From an uncultured Ruminococcus sp. (GTDB lineage Bacteria > Bacillota > Clostridia > Oscillospirales > Acutalibacteraceae), in the NCBI GenBank assembly GCA_964465535.1, contig CAYXID010000001.1, positions 276 to 64,275 on the forward strand: 64,000 nt of DNA, in the 5' to 3' direction. A model generated the notes under the pieces. The model saw only the letters and a program-made list of their open reading frames with translations, was not told where the DNA came from and made no database searches. A program made the position numbers and the translations under genes. Positions 29,410-38,376 of this stretch are shown one piece after another. How positions within the stretch are numbered: position 1 is the stretch's first letter; the number at the start of each line of letters is the position of its first letter.

Positions 29410-30381
29410 TTATCTTCTAAAACGAGCATAGTTTTCTTTAACTTCGCTTTCACATTTTAGTCCGCTTGTAGCGTCTGCCGTACTTAGCGCCATAATCGCA
29501 CAAGCTTCACCGAATTTAAGAATTTCCTCATCGCTAAAGCCTTTATAAATACCGATAAGAGCACCGGCGCAAAAAGCATCGCCTGCCCCCGTTGTACCCT
29601 TAATATAACCTTTGGGCAATTCACAGGAATAAACACAGGTATATCCGCTATTTGATAAACAAACCGCCTTTTCGGGCATATGGATGATAACCTTTTCTTT
29701 AACTCCTAGTTCCCTTAGTTTATTTGCAATAAGCTCAAGGTTTTCGTCATTAGGTTCCATACCGGCAAGCTTTCCTGCCTCAATCTCATTTACGATAAGG
29801 TAATCTGTAAACTCAAGGCAAGGCAGTACTAGCGAATATCTATCTGAATTTTCGCTAACTAGGTCAATAGAGGTTTTAATGCCTAATTCTTTTGCTTTTT
29901 TGAGAATGATAAGTCCGTCGCCGTTATCAACCTTTTCTAGCAACAAGAAATATCCAAGGTGCAAAATTTTCGCATCAAGATTTTCAAAATCTATATCATT
30001 AAAACCGAAATCTGCACTAGCACCCGGGTATGTAAAGAAGGTTCTCTGCCCGTTGATAACACTCATAACCTCGGTAAAGCTGGTAGTGCCGTTTTTCTCT
30101 TCGACAATACCGTTTACCTCTACGCCATTCTTAGAAAGGACATCTAATACATACTTTCCGTTTTCGTCGTTCCCTACTTTTCCGATTGCCCTAACCTTTA
30201 TATCGGGGCAAATCTTTTTAAGGTCAACAGCCACATTAGGTACACAACCGCCAACCGATTTGCTTACATTTACGATTTGAGTAAGCTCACCGCTCTCGGG
30301 ATACTTTTTTATCTCATTAATTTTATCAACGAGAATACTGCCCGCAACAAAAATACCTGTTTTTTCTTTTGTATTTATCAT
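29410..30381 (-). CDS. PfkB family carbohydrate kinase
   Basis: N-terminal GSILVD with GG dipeptide context, and the C-terminal TTGAGDAFCAG anion-hole motif. Confidence 0.9.
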   Translation of the reverse strand: MINTKEKTGIFVAGSILVDKINEIKKYPESGELTQIVNVSKSVGGCVPNVAVDLKKICPDIKVRAIGKVGNDENGKYVLDVLSKNGVEVNGIVEEKNGTTSFTEVMSVINGQRTFFTYPGASADFGFNDIDFENLDAKILHLGYFLLLEKVDNGDGLIILKKAKELGIKTSIDLVSENSDRYSLVLPCLEFTDYLIVNEIEAGKLAGMEPNDENLELIANKLRELGVKEKVIIHMPEKAVCLSNSGYTCVYSCELPKGYIKGTTGAGDAFCAGALIGIYKGFSDEEILKFGEACAIMALSTADATSGLKCESEVKENYARFRR

Positions 30382-30385
30382 ATCT

Positions 30386-31333
30386 TTAATTACATTCAGC
30401 CACTAATGGACCTGCAAGGTCTTTGTGGAAGAAGAGTCTACCCGGCAAGGTAGGAATATAAGAAGATGTAATCCAAGGGGTTGTTCCGTAACGAAGGGTC
30501 ACCCAAAGGGAGAGACCCTGCCACTGCATACCTCTGCCGAATGTTCCGTCCGCACCGCCGATAGCGTAATCAGCCTTTAAGAAGAGGCCAGGGCCTATTG
30601 TGTTTGCACGGCAAGGAACAAGTGTTGTTCTTGATTTAAAGCTTGTAAGAGCGTTCTGCTCAACCGTTAAGGGATGAATTTTTGCAGCAATTCTATAAGG
30701 CTGCTTTTCCCATTCTTCAGCGGTTTCATAGTCTGCTGCAAAGTGAGGCTCCCAGAATGCGATATGGCATACTCTACCGATACCGTATACTAAAACTAAT
30801 TTTGCGCCTTCTGCCTTTAGAGCATCAATCTTTTCGGGATATGTAGGAAGATTTTCCTTTGTTGCAAAATTTCTCTGGTCCTTCGGTACAGTAAGCTCAC
30901 CTAAGGGATTGAAAAGTGCCTGTTCCATAGCGTACTGGAATGAACCTGGGTTATCTGAAGAAAGTGTGTTGCCCTCTGCGTCTGCCCACTCGTCCATATT
31001 AAAGGTGTAAACATGTTCGCAAGAAACATTCCACTCTTTAAGGAAGTAAACTACCCATCTGTACATACCCATAGGACCTACGGGAAGAATAAAAGCAATC
31101 TTTTCGCCTCTCGTCTTTGCAAGTTTAATCTGATTTGCAATTTCATGACCCATATATACTTCAAAGTCATTCAAATTATCACACTGAATAGGGGTAAAAT
31201 CCTTATTCCAATGAGCCTGACGCTCTGTTACCTTTTCGGGTGCATCAATACACGCATCCATTTTTTCAAAATCCCATCCTGCAGGATAAAAGCCCTCTAA
31301 TAAGCTGCCCTTTACTGTTGAAATAAAATCCAT
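30386..31333 (-). CDS. NagB family (glucosamine-6-phosphate deaminase/isomerase-like) protein
   Basis: VYTFNMDEW and [13 protein letters not shown] match the E. coli NagB motifs VVTFNMDEY and GVGNDGHIAFNEP. ATG 31333 is preferred because GGAGGA lies 7 nt upstream. Confidence 0.8.
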   Translation of the reverse strand: MDFISTVKGSLLEGFYPAGWDFEKMDACIDAPEKVTERQAHWNKDFTPIQCDNLNDFEVYMGHEIANQIKLAKTRGEKIAFILPVGPMGMYRWVVYFLKEWNVSCEHVYTFNMDEWADAEGNTLSSDNPGSFQYAMEQALFNPLGELTVPKDQRNFATKENLPTYPEKIDALKAEGAKLVLVYGIGRVCHIAFWEPHFAADYETAEEWEKQPYRIAAKIHPLTVEQNALTSFKSRTTLVPCRANTIGPGLFLKADYAIGGADGTFGRGMQWQGLSLWVTLRYGTTPWITSSYIPTLPGRLFFHKDLAGPLVAECN

Positions 31334-31356
31334 AATGTTTTCCTCCATTTTTTAAA

Positions 31357-32061
31357 TTACGGTAAATACCGTTTTGTTGTGCCTTTTAAATAAACCTGAC
31401 ACTGTTTAAAGCCCTCTGCATAATCTGCTCCGCACTGAAAGCCTCTATATCTGCAGCAGACCTTTACCATATCAGGAAAATCAATATTGTCATGGTCACG
31501 CATCCAAACAATCTGCGATTCGTGACAGTTTAACATTTCAAGTTTCTTATCAATAAAGTTTGTAACATCTACATATTCTGTTGGGTTAAAGTTAACACCG
31601 CAAAGGGTGTCCATATAGTAAACAGGGGTAAGCCTCGATTTCCCGGGATTTTCCATATCATAATGCGGGAGTGTTGCTGTAAAGCAGGCATCAAACACAA
31701 GCTTTGATGTGGCAACATGGTCGGGCATATAATCGTCAGGGTCGTGAGTAATTATAAAATCAGGGTCTACCTTACGGATAATGCGAACAACCTTATCCCT
31801 TGATTCCTTATTATCATAAATTTCAAGGTCGTCAAAGCCGCCCCACATTACTTCAAAGCCGCCAAGTGCTCCGCTTCTTTGAGCCTCTGCTGCCCTCATT
31901 ACCTTAAGCTCATCGGGCATAATGATTTCGTGGCCCTGATTGCCGCTTGATAAATGACATACAACAACCCTGTCGCCGCGCTCTTTACACTTTAACAGTG
32001 TACCCGCACAGGCTATCTCCATATCATCGGGATGGGCTGTAACTACTAAAACAGTATACAT
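31357..32061 (-). CDS. PIG-L / LmbE family deacetylase
   Basis: Start at MYTVLVVTAHPDDMEIACAG (ATG 32061) with RBS AAGGAGGT. AHPDD and HxDH (MPDH) zinc motifs are present. Confidence 0.85.
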   Translation of the reverse strand: MYTVLVVTAHPDDMEIACAGTLLKCKERGDRVVVCHLSSGNQGHEIIMPDELKVMRAAEAQRSGALGGFEVMWGGFDDLEIYDNKESRDKVVRIIRKVDPDFIITHDPDDYMPDHVATSKLVFDACFTATLPHYDMENPGKSRLTPVYYMDTLCGVNFNPTEYVDVTNFIDKKLEMLNCHESQIVWMRDHDNIDFPDMVKVCCRYRGFQCGADYAEGFKQCQVYLKGTTKRYLP

Positions 32062-32166
32062 AAAGACCTCCTTATTTATTTTTATTTTAATTATAACAAT
32101 TTCCTCTTTACAATAGAATACAAAATCGGTTATAATATTTATAAAATCAGACAACGGAGAACTTTT

Positions 32167-33072
32167 ATGAAAGATAATTTTACACGGATTAGTTTTGAAA
32201 AAGTCTTTAATATCGAAAAGATTATCACTCTTTTTTATATGGAATTATCCAAAAATTTTAATCATGAGGGCGAAAGACATAACTTTTGGGAAATGGTGTA
32301 CATTGATAAAGGCGAAATGATATGCACCGTAGAGGATAATCAGTTCATCCTTAAAAGCGGTGAGATTGTTTTTCATAAGCCTAATGAATTTCATAATCTT
32401 TCGGGAAACCGCGACACCGCCCCAAATGTAAGTATCCTCACATTTGAATGTAAAAGTCGGGCAATGAAGCACTTTGAGGGGAAAATTTTCAAACTAAGTT
32501 CAGAGGAAAAATCTCTTTTATCCGAGCTGTTTTCAGAGGGATTATCCTGTTATCGCCTTGAAGATGAGCATAATCCCCTTTTGCAAAAGTTAAAAAAGGT
32601 TTCCCCGTCTCCCTTTGGAAGCAGTCAGATGACAAAAAATTTGCTTGAGGTTTTCCTTATCAAGTTATCGCGAAACACCGATGTAATAGCAAAGAAAAAC
32701 AGACAGAATTACCTTATTGACGATGTTGATGTTCCATACGATGTAAAAGAAATTTTAGATTATCTCAAAGAACATATATACGGGAAGATAAAAATTAAGG
32801 ATATTGCGAATTATCTTGACAAAAGCGAAAGCACCGTAAAACAAATTTTTACAAAATACCGCGATGGCGGAATTATCAAATACTATAATGAAATTAAAAT
32901 TAAGGAAGCTAGAAAACTTATCCGCGAGGGTAAACTTAATATGACCCAAATTTCCGATTTATTATGCTTTGATAATCCGCATTATTTTTCAAAATGCTTT
33001 AAAACGGTTATGAAAATGTCACCGAGTCAGTATAAGGCTTCTATTATGAAATATCTAAACGGTAAAAATTGA
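32167..33072 (+). CDS. AraC family transcriptional regulator
   Basis: Cupin-like N-terminus and a C-terminal AraC HTH (FDNPHYFSKCFKTVMKMSPSQYK). Divergent from the sugar operon across a 105 nt shared promoter region. Confidence 0.9.
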   Translation: MKDNFTRISFEKVFNIEKIITLFYMELSKNFNHEGERHNFWEMVYIDKGEMICTVEDNQFILKSGEIVFHKPNEFHNLSGNRDTAPNVSILTFECKSRAMKHFEGKIFKLSSEEKSLLSELFSEGLSCYRLEDEHNPLLQKLKKVSPSPFGSSQMTKNLLEVFLIKLSRNTDVIAKKNRQNYLIDDVDVPYDVKEILDYLKEHIYGKIKIKDIANYLDKSESTVKQIFTKYRDGGIIKYYNEIKIKEARKLIREGKLNMTQISDLLCFDNPHYFSKCFKTVMKMSPSQYKASIMKYLNGKN

Positions 33073-33413
33073 GATTTCTCAGTTTTTGCCGTTTTTATAT
33101 CACCATATAAAACGACTTTCGCTAATGAAACCTTAACAAGAGGATTCTTTCTTCTCCGTATTATTCAAGAACAGAGATGGCGCCATCTTCACCTGTTTTC
33201 TCCTAAGAGGTGTACTTGTATTAATGTGATTTTTTATATTTAAATGATATTAAAAACAATTTTATAATGTAACTGTAAAAAGTTCAAAGTTATTTACTTA
33301 TTGGGGAATAATAAACCTATGAACCATTCCGATTTGGTGAAATTAGGTTTTTATATTAGATTTTATTTAAAAGTATATTCCATTTGGTAAATATAAAAAC
33401 TTTTTAAATTAAC

Positions 33414-33442
33414 TTTACATGGCTTAAAAAGTGTGGTACAAT
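33414..33442 (+). promoter_or_regulatory. Sigma-A promoter with extended -10 (TTTACA-17 nt-TGgTACAAT)
   Basis: TTTACA at 33414-33419, TACAAT at 33437-33442, TG at 33434-33435. The predicted TSS near 33449 coincides with the 5' strand of the long leader helix. Confidence 0.55.
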
Positions 33443-33447
33443 CAAAG

Positions 33448-33563
33448 TACCACACAAAAACTAAATATCACCTAAAATCGGAAGTGGCATTTTTATTTCG
33501 GTAAAAATGCGGACTTCTTATTTCGCATTTCTGATTTTAGGTTGTGAAAGTTTTTGTGTGGTA
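33448..33563 (+). promoter_or_regulatory. Structured 5' leader element (116 nt rod-like fold), class unknown
   Basis: 14 bp perfect pairing of TACCACACAAAAAC (33448-33461) with GTTTTTGTGTGGTA (33550-33563). 9 bp pairing of CCTAAAATC (33471-33479) with GATTTTAGG (33533-33541). Apical hairpin: GGAAGT with ACTTCT plus GCATTTTTA (33487-33495) with TAAAAATGC (33502-33510). Confidence 0.5.
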
Positions 33564-33587
33564 GCAAAACGAAGTTCTGCATTTTTC

Positions 33588-33621
33588 GTGTGTGTAATTT
33601 CGTATTGCACACACTTTTTTT
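33588..33621 (+). terminator. Intrinsic terminator inside the leader, ending 4 nt before the RBS of the lipoprotein gene
   Basis: 11 bp stem GTGTGTGTAAT (33588-33598) with ATTGCACACAC (33604-33614), then TTTTTTT (33615-33621). RBS AAAGGAG at 33626-33632 and ATG at 33640. Confidence 0.7.
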
Positions 33622-33639
33622 ATTTAAAGGAGATTCACA

Positions 33640-35784
33640 ATGAAAAAAATCGTATCGTTTATTTTGGCAATTTTGATGTTGCTTTCCTTTGTAGGATGCA
33701 ACCGTTCCAAGACCCAAAGCACCGACACCATCTCTTCCCAACCGTATTATGTTGATGAAAACACCGGTGACATTATAGATTCCAACACAGGTGAAGCAGT
33801 TAATGATGACAATCTTGTTGTAGATGAAGAATCCGGTAATATCATTGATTCTTCTACTGGCCAAACAATATCTACAAATACTGATAGAAATCAGAGCAGC
33901 AATAATAGCAACAATAATAACAGTAATAATAATAGTAATAACAATAGTAATAACAATGGTAATAACAATAATACAAACGAAAATCAAAACAACAACGACT
34001 CTGACGATACAGAATATATTGAACTATCGTCAGAAGAAGATATTTATGCTTTAAGCAGATTGTTGGCTTATGGTCGCGCTCAAAGCAATTATATTTATAA
34101 GGGCAATTCGGGATTTGATTATGCATTTAAGAGAGCAGACATAATGGAGTTAGACTTGCCAATAGAAAATCCTACAGCTAATATGGGGACAACTGTTGCA
34201 TATTTAGAAACTGCTAATTTTAAACTAACCAAGGATATGAATATAACATTCAAAACCGGAATGGGTAAAGATTTCTTTATGGGTATAGGCAGTTTAGACC
34301 ATTATTATAAAGGTATTTTTAATGGAAATAACAAAACTATCACATTGTCATCTGATATAGACGAAACACAAATCAATCCATATAATATTAATAGAGATTT
34401 TGGTCTGTTTAATAGTGTTTCAGGCGCAACCATCAAAAATTTGAAAATAAAAATTAATGATGATATAACATATAGTGGTACTAACTCATCATTAAATGAT
34501 ACATTTTGGGGAGTGCTATGTGGTAGCACATATAATACTACAATTGATTCCTGTACTATCGATGTATCAGATGCAATAATAGGTGCACCAAATTTATCTG
34601 TAAATAAAAAAATGGCGGCACTAGTTGGCATTGTGGCAGGAAGAATGGAAAAATCGGTCATAAACAATTGTCAAATAACCCTTAAAAACTCTCAAATTAG
34701 AGCAAATGCAGATAATGATAATTATTTAAATTCATATGTAGGCGGTCTTGCCGGAACAGTTAAGGGTACTACAGAAAATCGTAGCACAATATCAAATTGC
34801 TCTGTAAAACTTGATAATTCAAATGTTGAAACAAAAGCATTCCAAGCACATGTCGGAGGCGTTGTTGGAGATGGAACAAAATTAAGTATAAACAATACTA
34901 GTTCAACATTTAATAATAGTTATATTAAGGCTACAGGCGATTCAGTATATACTTCATATGCGGCTCTATCAGTTGGTGGCATATTAGGTTTTTCTGTTGC
35001 AGGTTGTGATAACGATGGTTCTGCAAATGTAGGAATGTTGGGTTGCGAAGTAAATAGTTGTAATTTCACATCAAACAACTCTTCAGTTATGAATGTTTTA
35101 TATGCTGAGGCTGTTGAGGGTGGAGAATTAGCAGTTGGCGGTCTTGTTGGATGCACATTCAACAATTTCAAAGTCAAAAACTCAACTGCAACATTTAAAA
35201 ATGCGAATATCGTTGCATATAAAACAACTTCAAAAGATAATAAATCTTTTGGAACATCAGTTGGTGGAATTTTGGGTCGTTTGGAGCATACTGGCGAAAT
35301 ATATAATTGTAAAGTTACAGGAAATCGTTTGAATATTGTTTCAAAGTCTGCTGAGAATGATAGTTATGCCGGTGGAATTCTCGGAGTTGATATAGGTCCA
35401 TTCAACTACGATTTAGTTAGCATAAATAAGTGCTCATTCAACGGTTCTGGAACATCAACAATAAAAATAGAAACAACTCCTAATAGTGCGGTAACAGGAA
35501 AGGATATTTGCGCGGGCGGTATAGTTGGCGAAGGAACATATAAAATTTTAAATTGTTCTGTTAAAGATGTTAAAATTATAAACAACTCCGCAGGAATCTT
35601 TAACAAAGCATATTCTGGTGGTATTGTAGGAAGATATTACAAGCACAGTTTAGGAACAAGCGGACAATATTTCACACCTGGCACATACGAGATTACGGGT
35701 TGTACAACAAGTAGAATCACTTTCGAAAATTCGGACAATGTGGTTATCGGTGAAATATATGGAGTAAAAGCGTTTACTAAATGA
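33640..35784 (+). CDS. Surface lipoprotein with an Asn/Ser-rich linker and GLUG-motif (beta-helix-like) repeats
   Basis: Signal peptide plus lipobox (LLSFVGC). NNSNNN low-complexity tract. YKGIFNGNNKTITL entry motif. At least 8 spaced copies of [VAS]GG[ILV][LAV]G (VGGLAG, VGGVVG, VGGILG, VGGLVG, AGGILG, AGGIVG, SGGIVG). Confidence 0.8.
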   Translation: MKKIVSFILAILMLLSFVGCNRSKTQSTDTISSQPYYVDENTGDIIDSNTGEAVNDDNLVVDEESGNIIDSSTGQTISTNTDRNQSSNNSNNNNSNNNSNNNSNNNGNNNNTNENQNNNDSDDTEYIELSSEEDIYALSRLLAYGRAQSNYIYKGNSGFDYAFKRADIMELDLPIENPTANMGTTVAYLETANFKLTKDMNITFKTGMGKDFFMGIGSLDHYYKGIFNGNNKTITLSSDIDETQINPYNINRDFGLFNSVSGATIKNLKIKINDDITYSGTNSSLNDTFWGVLCGSTYNTTIDSCTIDVSDAIIGAPNLSVNKKMAALVGIVAGRMEKSVINNCQITLKNSQIRANADNDNYLNSYVGGLAGTVKGTTENRSTISNCSVKLDNSNVETKAFQAHVGGVVGDGTKLSINNTSSTFNNSYIKATGDSVYTSYAALSVGGILGFSVAGCDNDGSANVGMLGCEVNSCNFTSNNSSVMNVLYAEAVEGGELAVGGLVGCTFNNFKVKNSTATFKNANIVAYKTTSKDNKSFGTSVGGILGRLEHTGEIYNCKVTGNRLNIVSKSAENDSYAGGILGVDIGPFNYDLVSINKCSFNGSGTSTIKIETTPNSAVTGKDICAGGIVGEGTYKILNCSVKDVKIINNSAGIFNKAYSGGIVGRYYKHSLGTSGQYFTPGTYEITGCTTSRITFENSDNVVIGEIYGVKAFTK
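33895..33975 (+). repeat. Imperfect 12 nt tandem codon repeat (AGT AAT AAY AAT)n encoding SNNN units
   Basis: aataataacagtaataataatagtaataacaatagtaataacaatggtaataacaataat has 12 nt periodicity and stays in frame within the lipoprotein gene. Confidence 0.7.
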
Positions 35785-35785
35785 T

Positions 35786-35822
35786 AAAAACGGTATGAGA
35801 AAATTTTCTCATACCGTTTTTA
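35786..35822. terminator. Intrinsic terminator (bidirectional architecture)
   Basis: AAAACGGTATGAGAAAA pairs with TTTTCTCATACCGTTTT across 35787-35820. Confidence 0.75.
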
Positions 35823-35898
35823 ATATATCATCATAGGGTTACTCTACAACTCTAAAGTGCTTAAAAGCATCTTCGGTTACTTTTTGCTGTTTTTTATA

Positions 35899-36570
35899 TC
35901 ACCAGATAAATGGTATTAAGCGGTATCTCACCTTCTGCTTATATTCACAGTATCCGTTAAGCTCTTTTTCGAGCAGCTTTTCCTCGTTTTTTATTCTCTT
36001 AACTATTATAAAAGGATAGGCGAGGAAAATCAAAAAAGAATATATTGAACCCAAAACAATAGGCATAGATAAAAACAAAAGTAGCGTTGCGGTATACATT
36101 GGGTGGCGTACAATTCCGTAAAGCCCTGTATCAATAACCTTTTGATTTTCTTCCACCTTGACAGTTCGGCTAAGATATGTATTCTCGCGAAGAACCTCGG
36201 CATAAAGAATATATGCAACAAGAAAAACTATCATCGCCGCTATTATAGCGCCCTTCGGCAGAGAATACCATCCAAAACGAAAATCAAGTCCCGCTACTAT
36301 AAAGCCTGAAAAGAACATAAGTCCACTAAGTTTTACAACTGTATCCTGTTCCTTTTGCTTTTCTTTAGCATAAAGACGCTTTTCTAAAAGCTCAGGATTT
36401 TTAAACATCAAGAAAATTCCCGCAAAAAACATCGGTATAAATAAAACACCTAAAAATAACCATCCGTTTTTAAAAGATAATGTTCCGGCGGGAACAAAAA
36501 TCAAAAGTGCTACCAAAACTATACCCAATAAAAATTTAGTTATAGCTTGTAAAAATAATTTTTTTGTCAT
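35899..36570 (-). CDS. Isoprenylcysteine carboxyl methyltransferase (ICMT) / phospholipid methyltransferase family membrane protein
   Basis: Multi-TM protein with the C-terminal GLYGIVRHPMY...E motif characteristic of the ICMT/PEMT family. Confidence 0.8.
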   Translation of the reverse strand: MTKKLFLQAITKFLLGIVLVALLIFVPAGTLSFKNGWLFLGVLFIPMFFAGIFLMFKNPELLEKRLYAKEKQKEQDTVVKLSGLMFFSGFIVAGLDFRFGWYSLPKGAIIAAMIVFLVAYILYAEVLRENTYLSRTVKVEENQKVIDTGLYGIVRHPMYTATLLLFLSMPIVLGSIYSFLIFLAYPFIIVKRIKNEEKLLEKELNGYCEYKQKVRYRLIPFIW

Positions 36571-36573
36571 TTG

Positions 36574-37938
36574 TTACACCTTTTGCCGACTTAATAATGC
36601 TACCGTTTCAACATGCGAAGTTCTCGGGAACAAATCTACAGGAGTATATTCTAAAAGCTCATAATTATATGCCTTTAAAATTTCGATATCTCGGGCTAAA
36701 GTTGCGGGATCACAGGAAACATATACTATTCGCTCGGGTGAAAAGTCTTTCGCAACGGTGGCTAAAAGTTGTGCATCACAACCCTTTCTCGGTGGGTCTA
36801 ATATGCATATATCGGGCTTTATTCCCTCTTTTGAAAGTTTACTAGCCGCCTCGGCGGCGTCCGCACAAATAAACCGCGCATTTTTTATTTCGTTGTCTTT
36901 TGCATTTTGTTTTGCATCCTCTATAGCCTCGGGCACTATTTCAACACCGATTACAGACTCAGCCCTCTTTGCCATTGAAAGACCTATTGTACCTGCTCCG
37001 CAATAAAGGTCTAATATCTTTTTACCCTCAGGCTTTGCATACTCTGCTGCCTTTTCATAGAGCCGTTCTGCCATATCGCGATTAACCTGATAGAAAGACA
37101 GCGGCGATATTTTAAAGGATACACCGCAAAGAATATCGGTTATATACTCTTTTCCGTATATAAGGCGACACTCGTCCCCCAAAATAACATTTGTATCCTT
37201 TTTATTTATATTAAGGTAAACGCTTTTAAGGTTATCTCCAAGTACCTGCTTTAACGCTTCAACAAGTTTTCTTTCCGCCTTAACAGAGGATTTATTTATG
37301 ACCAAAACCGCCATAATCTCACCTGTTTTAAAGCCTTTTCTGAGATAAAAATGCCGAACCGTTCCGCTTTTGGTCTGCTCGTTATAGACAGATATTCCGT
37401 TTTCATTTATCCATTTTTTTAGTACCTTTGAAGCGGCGGAAAATTCGCTCGGCTGTAAAAGGCAGTCGCTACAAGGAATTATGCGGTGAGAGTGGGTTGC
37501 AAAAAATCCCGTATCGCCGTTTTCGTTTATCGGATACTGTGCTTTATTGCGGTATCTGTCAGTATTTATCGCTGAGATTATGGGCTTTGGCAGCATATCT
37601 ACCTTGCCGATTCGCTTTATCGCATTATAAACCCTGTTATATTTTATTTTACATTCGCTTTCATACGATATATGTCTGTAAACACAGCCTCCGCAACGAG
37701 AAAAAGCCTGACAGTCAACACCTATTCTGTCAGGCGACATAGATATAATTTCCTCAATTATACCGTAAGCATATTTAGTTTTTACCTTAACAATTCGTAC
37801 CTTGAGTTTATCGCCTACAGCGGTAAGGGGGACGAAAACCGCCATATTATCTACCTTACCTATTCCGCTTCCCTCTGCAGACATATCCTCAATAACAAGG
37901 TCAACTATATCATTCTTTTTCATAACTATACTATTCAT
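36574..37938 (-). CDS. rlmD: 23S rRNA (uracil-C5)-methyltransferase, RlmD/RumA family
   Basis: N-terminal TRAM domain, Fe-S Cys cluster (CQAFSRCGGCVYRH), SAM motif LDLYCGAGTIG, and catalytic C in YVSCDPATLARD. The alternative start at 37923 (MKKNDIV) cannot be excluded. Confidence 0.88.
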   Translation of the reverse strand: MNSIVMKKNDIVDLVIEDMSAEGSGIGKVDNMAVFVPLTAVGDKLKVRIVKVKTKYAYGIIEEIISMSPDRIGVDCQAFSRCGGCVYRHISYESECKIKYNRVYNAIKRIGKVDMLPKPIISAINTDRYRNKAQYPINENGDTGFFATHSHRIIPCSDCLLQPSEFSAASKVLKKWINENGISVYNEQTKSGTVRHFYLRKGFKTGEIMAVLVINKSSVKAERKLVEALKQVLGDNLKSVYLNINKKDTNVILGDECRLIYGKEYITDILCGVSFKISPLSFYQVNRDMAERLYEKAAEYAKPEGKKILDLYCGAGTIGLSMAKRAESVIGVEIVPEAIEDAKQNAKDNEIKNARFICADAAEAASKLSKEGIKPDICILDPPRKGCDAQLLATVAKDFSPERIVYVSCDPATLARDIEILKAYNYELLEYTPVDLFPRTSHVETVALLSRQKV

Positions 37939-38362
37939 TGATTAGCGCATCACCCGCTATTCCCTCAAGAGAGCCTTCACGGAAAATGGAGGAAGCACGC
38001 CTCGAATCATAGACATACTCACCCTCAACATTAAGGGTTACGCCATTAATATTAACCGAACGGTTATTAAGCCAATTAACCATTATAACATCGGTATCGG
38101 TCTGCCAATATATGTTTTTATGCTCGTTTTGGTCTTTTAAAGATATATATTCAGCCCTTACCGCAACACCGAGGCAGTTCTCCACTCGGTAAACCGATAT
38201 TTTTCTATCACCCGAGGGAGATAGAAATTCCCCGCTTAAAGTACCCATTGGTAATTCTTCGGGCGAAAATCCGAATTCGTCCACAAGAGATGCTATCACA
38301 TTTAAAAGCAGTATTACGACAGCTAAAATGTAAAAACATTTAAAAAAAGCATTACCCTTCAT
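37931..38362 (-). CDS. Hypothetical membrane-anchored protein
   Basis: 143 aa with an N-terminal TM (FKCFYILAVVILLLNVIASL) and a beta-rich remainder. 8 nt overlap with rlmD. Confidence 0.55.
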   Translation of the reverse strand: MKGNAFFKCFYILAVVILLLNVIASLVDEFGFSPEELPMGTLSGEFLSPSGDRKISVYRVENCLGVAVRAEYISLKDQNEHKNIYWQTDTDVIMVNWLNNRSVNINGVTLNVEGEYVYDSRRASSIFREGSLEGIAGDALINE

Positions 38363-38376
38363 AACTACTCCTCAAG

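Noticed and set aside
33175-33188. Perfect 14 bp GC-rich palindrome AGATGGCGCCATCT in the AT-rich spacer downstream of the AraC gene
   Set aside because: It is real in the sequence but isolated. It has no second copy in the window, no adjacent promoter and no T-run, so I cannot assign it as an operator or terminator.
33431-33455. Hairpin GTGTGGTAC-aatcaaa-GTACCACAC flanked by A-runs, initially read as a bidirectional terminator
   Set aside because: Its 5' half coincides with the extended -10 (TGgTACAAT) of the best promoter candidate. Its 3' half is the 5' strand of the longer 14 bp leader helix. I therefore treat it as part of the leader and promoter architecture rather than a separate terminator.
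33493-33987. 164 aa minus-strand ORF rich in I/V/T repeats
   Set aside because: It is the reverse-complement shadow of the AAT/AGT codon repeat and the AT-rich leader of the lipoprotein gene. It is low complexity, has no RBS, and overlaps a well-supported gene.
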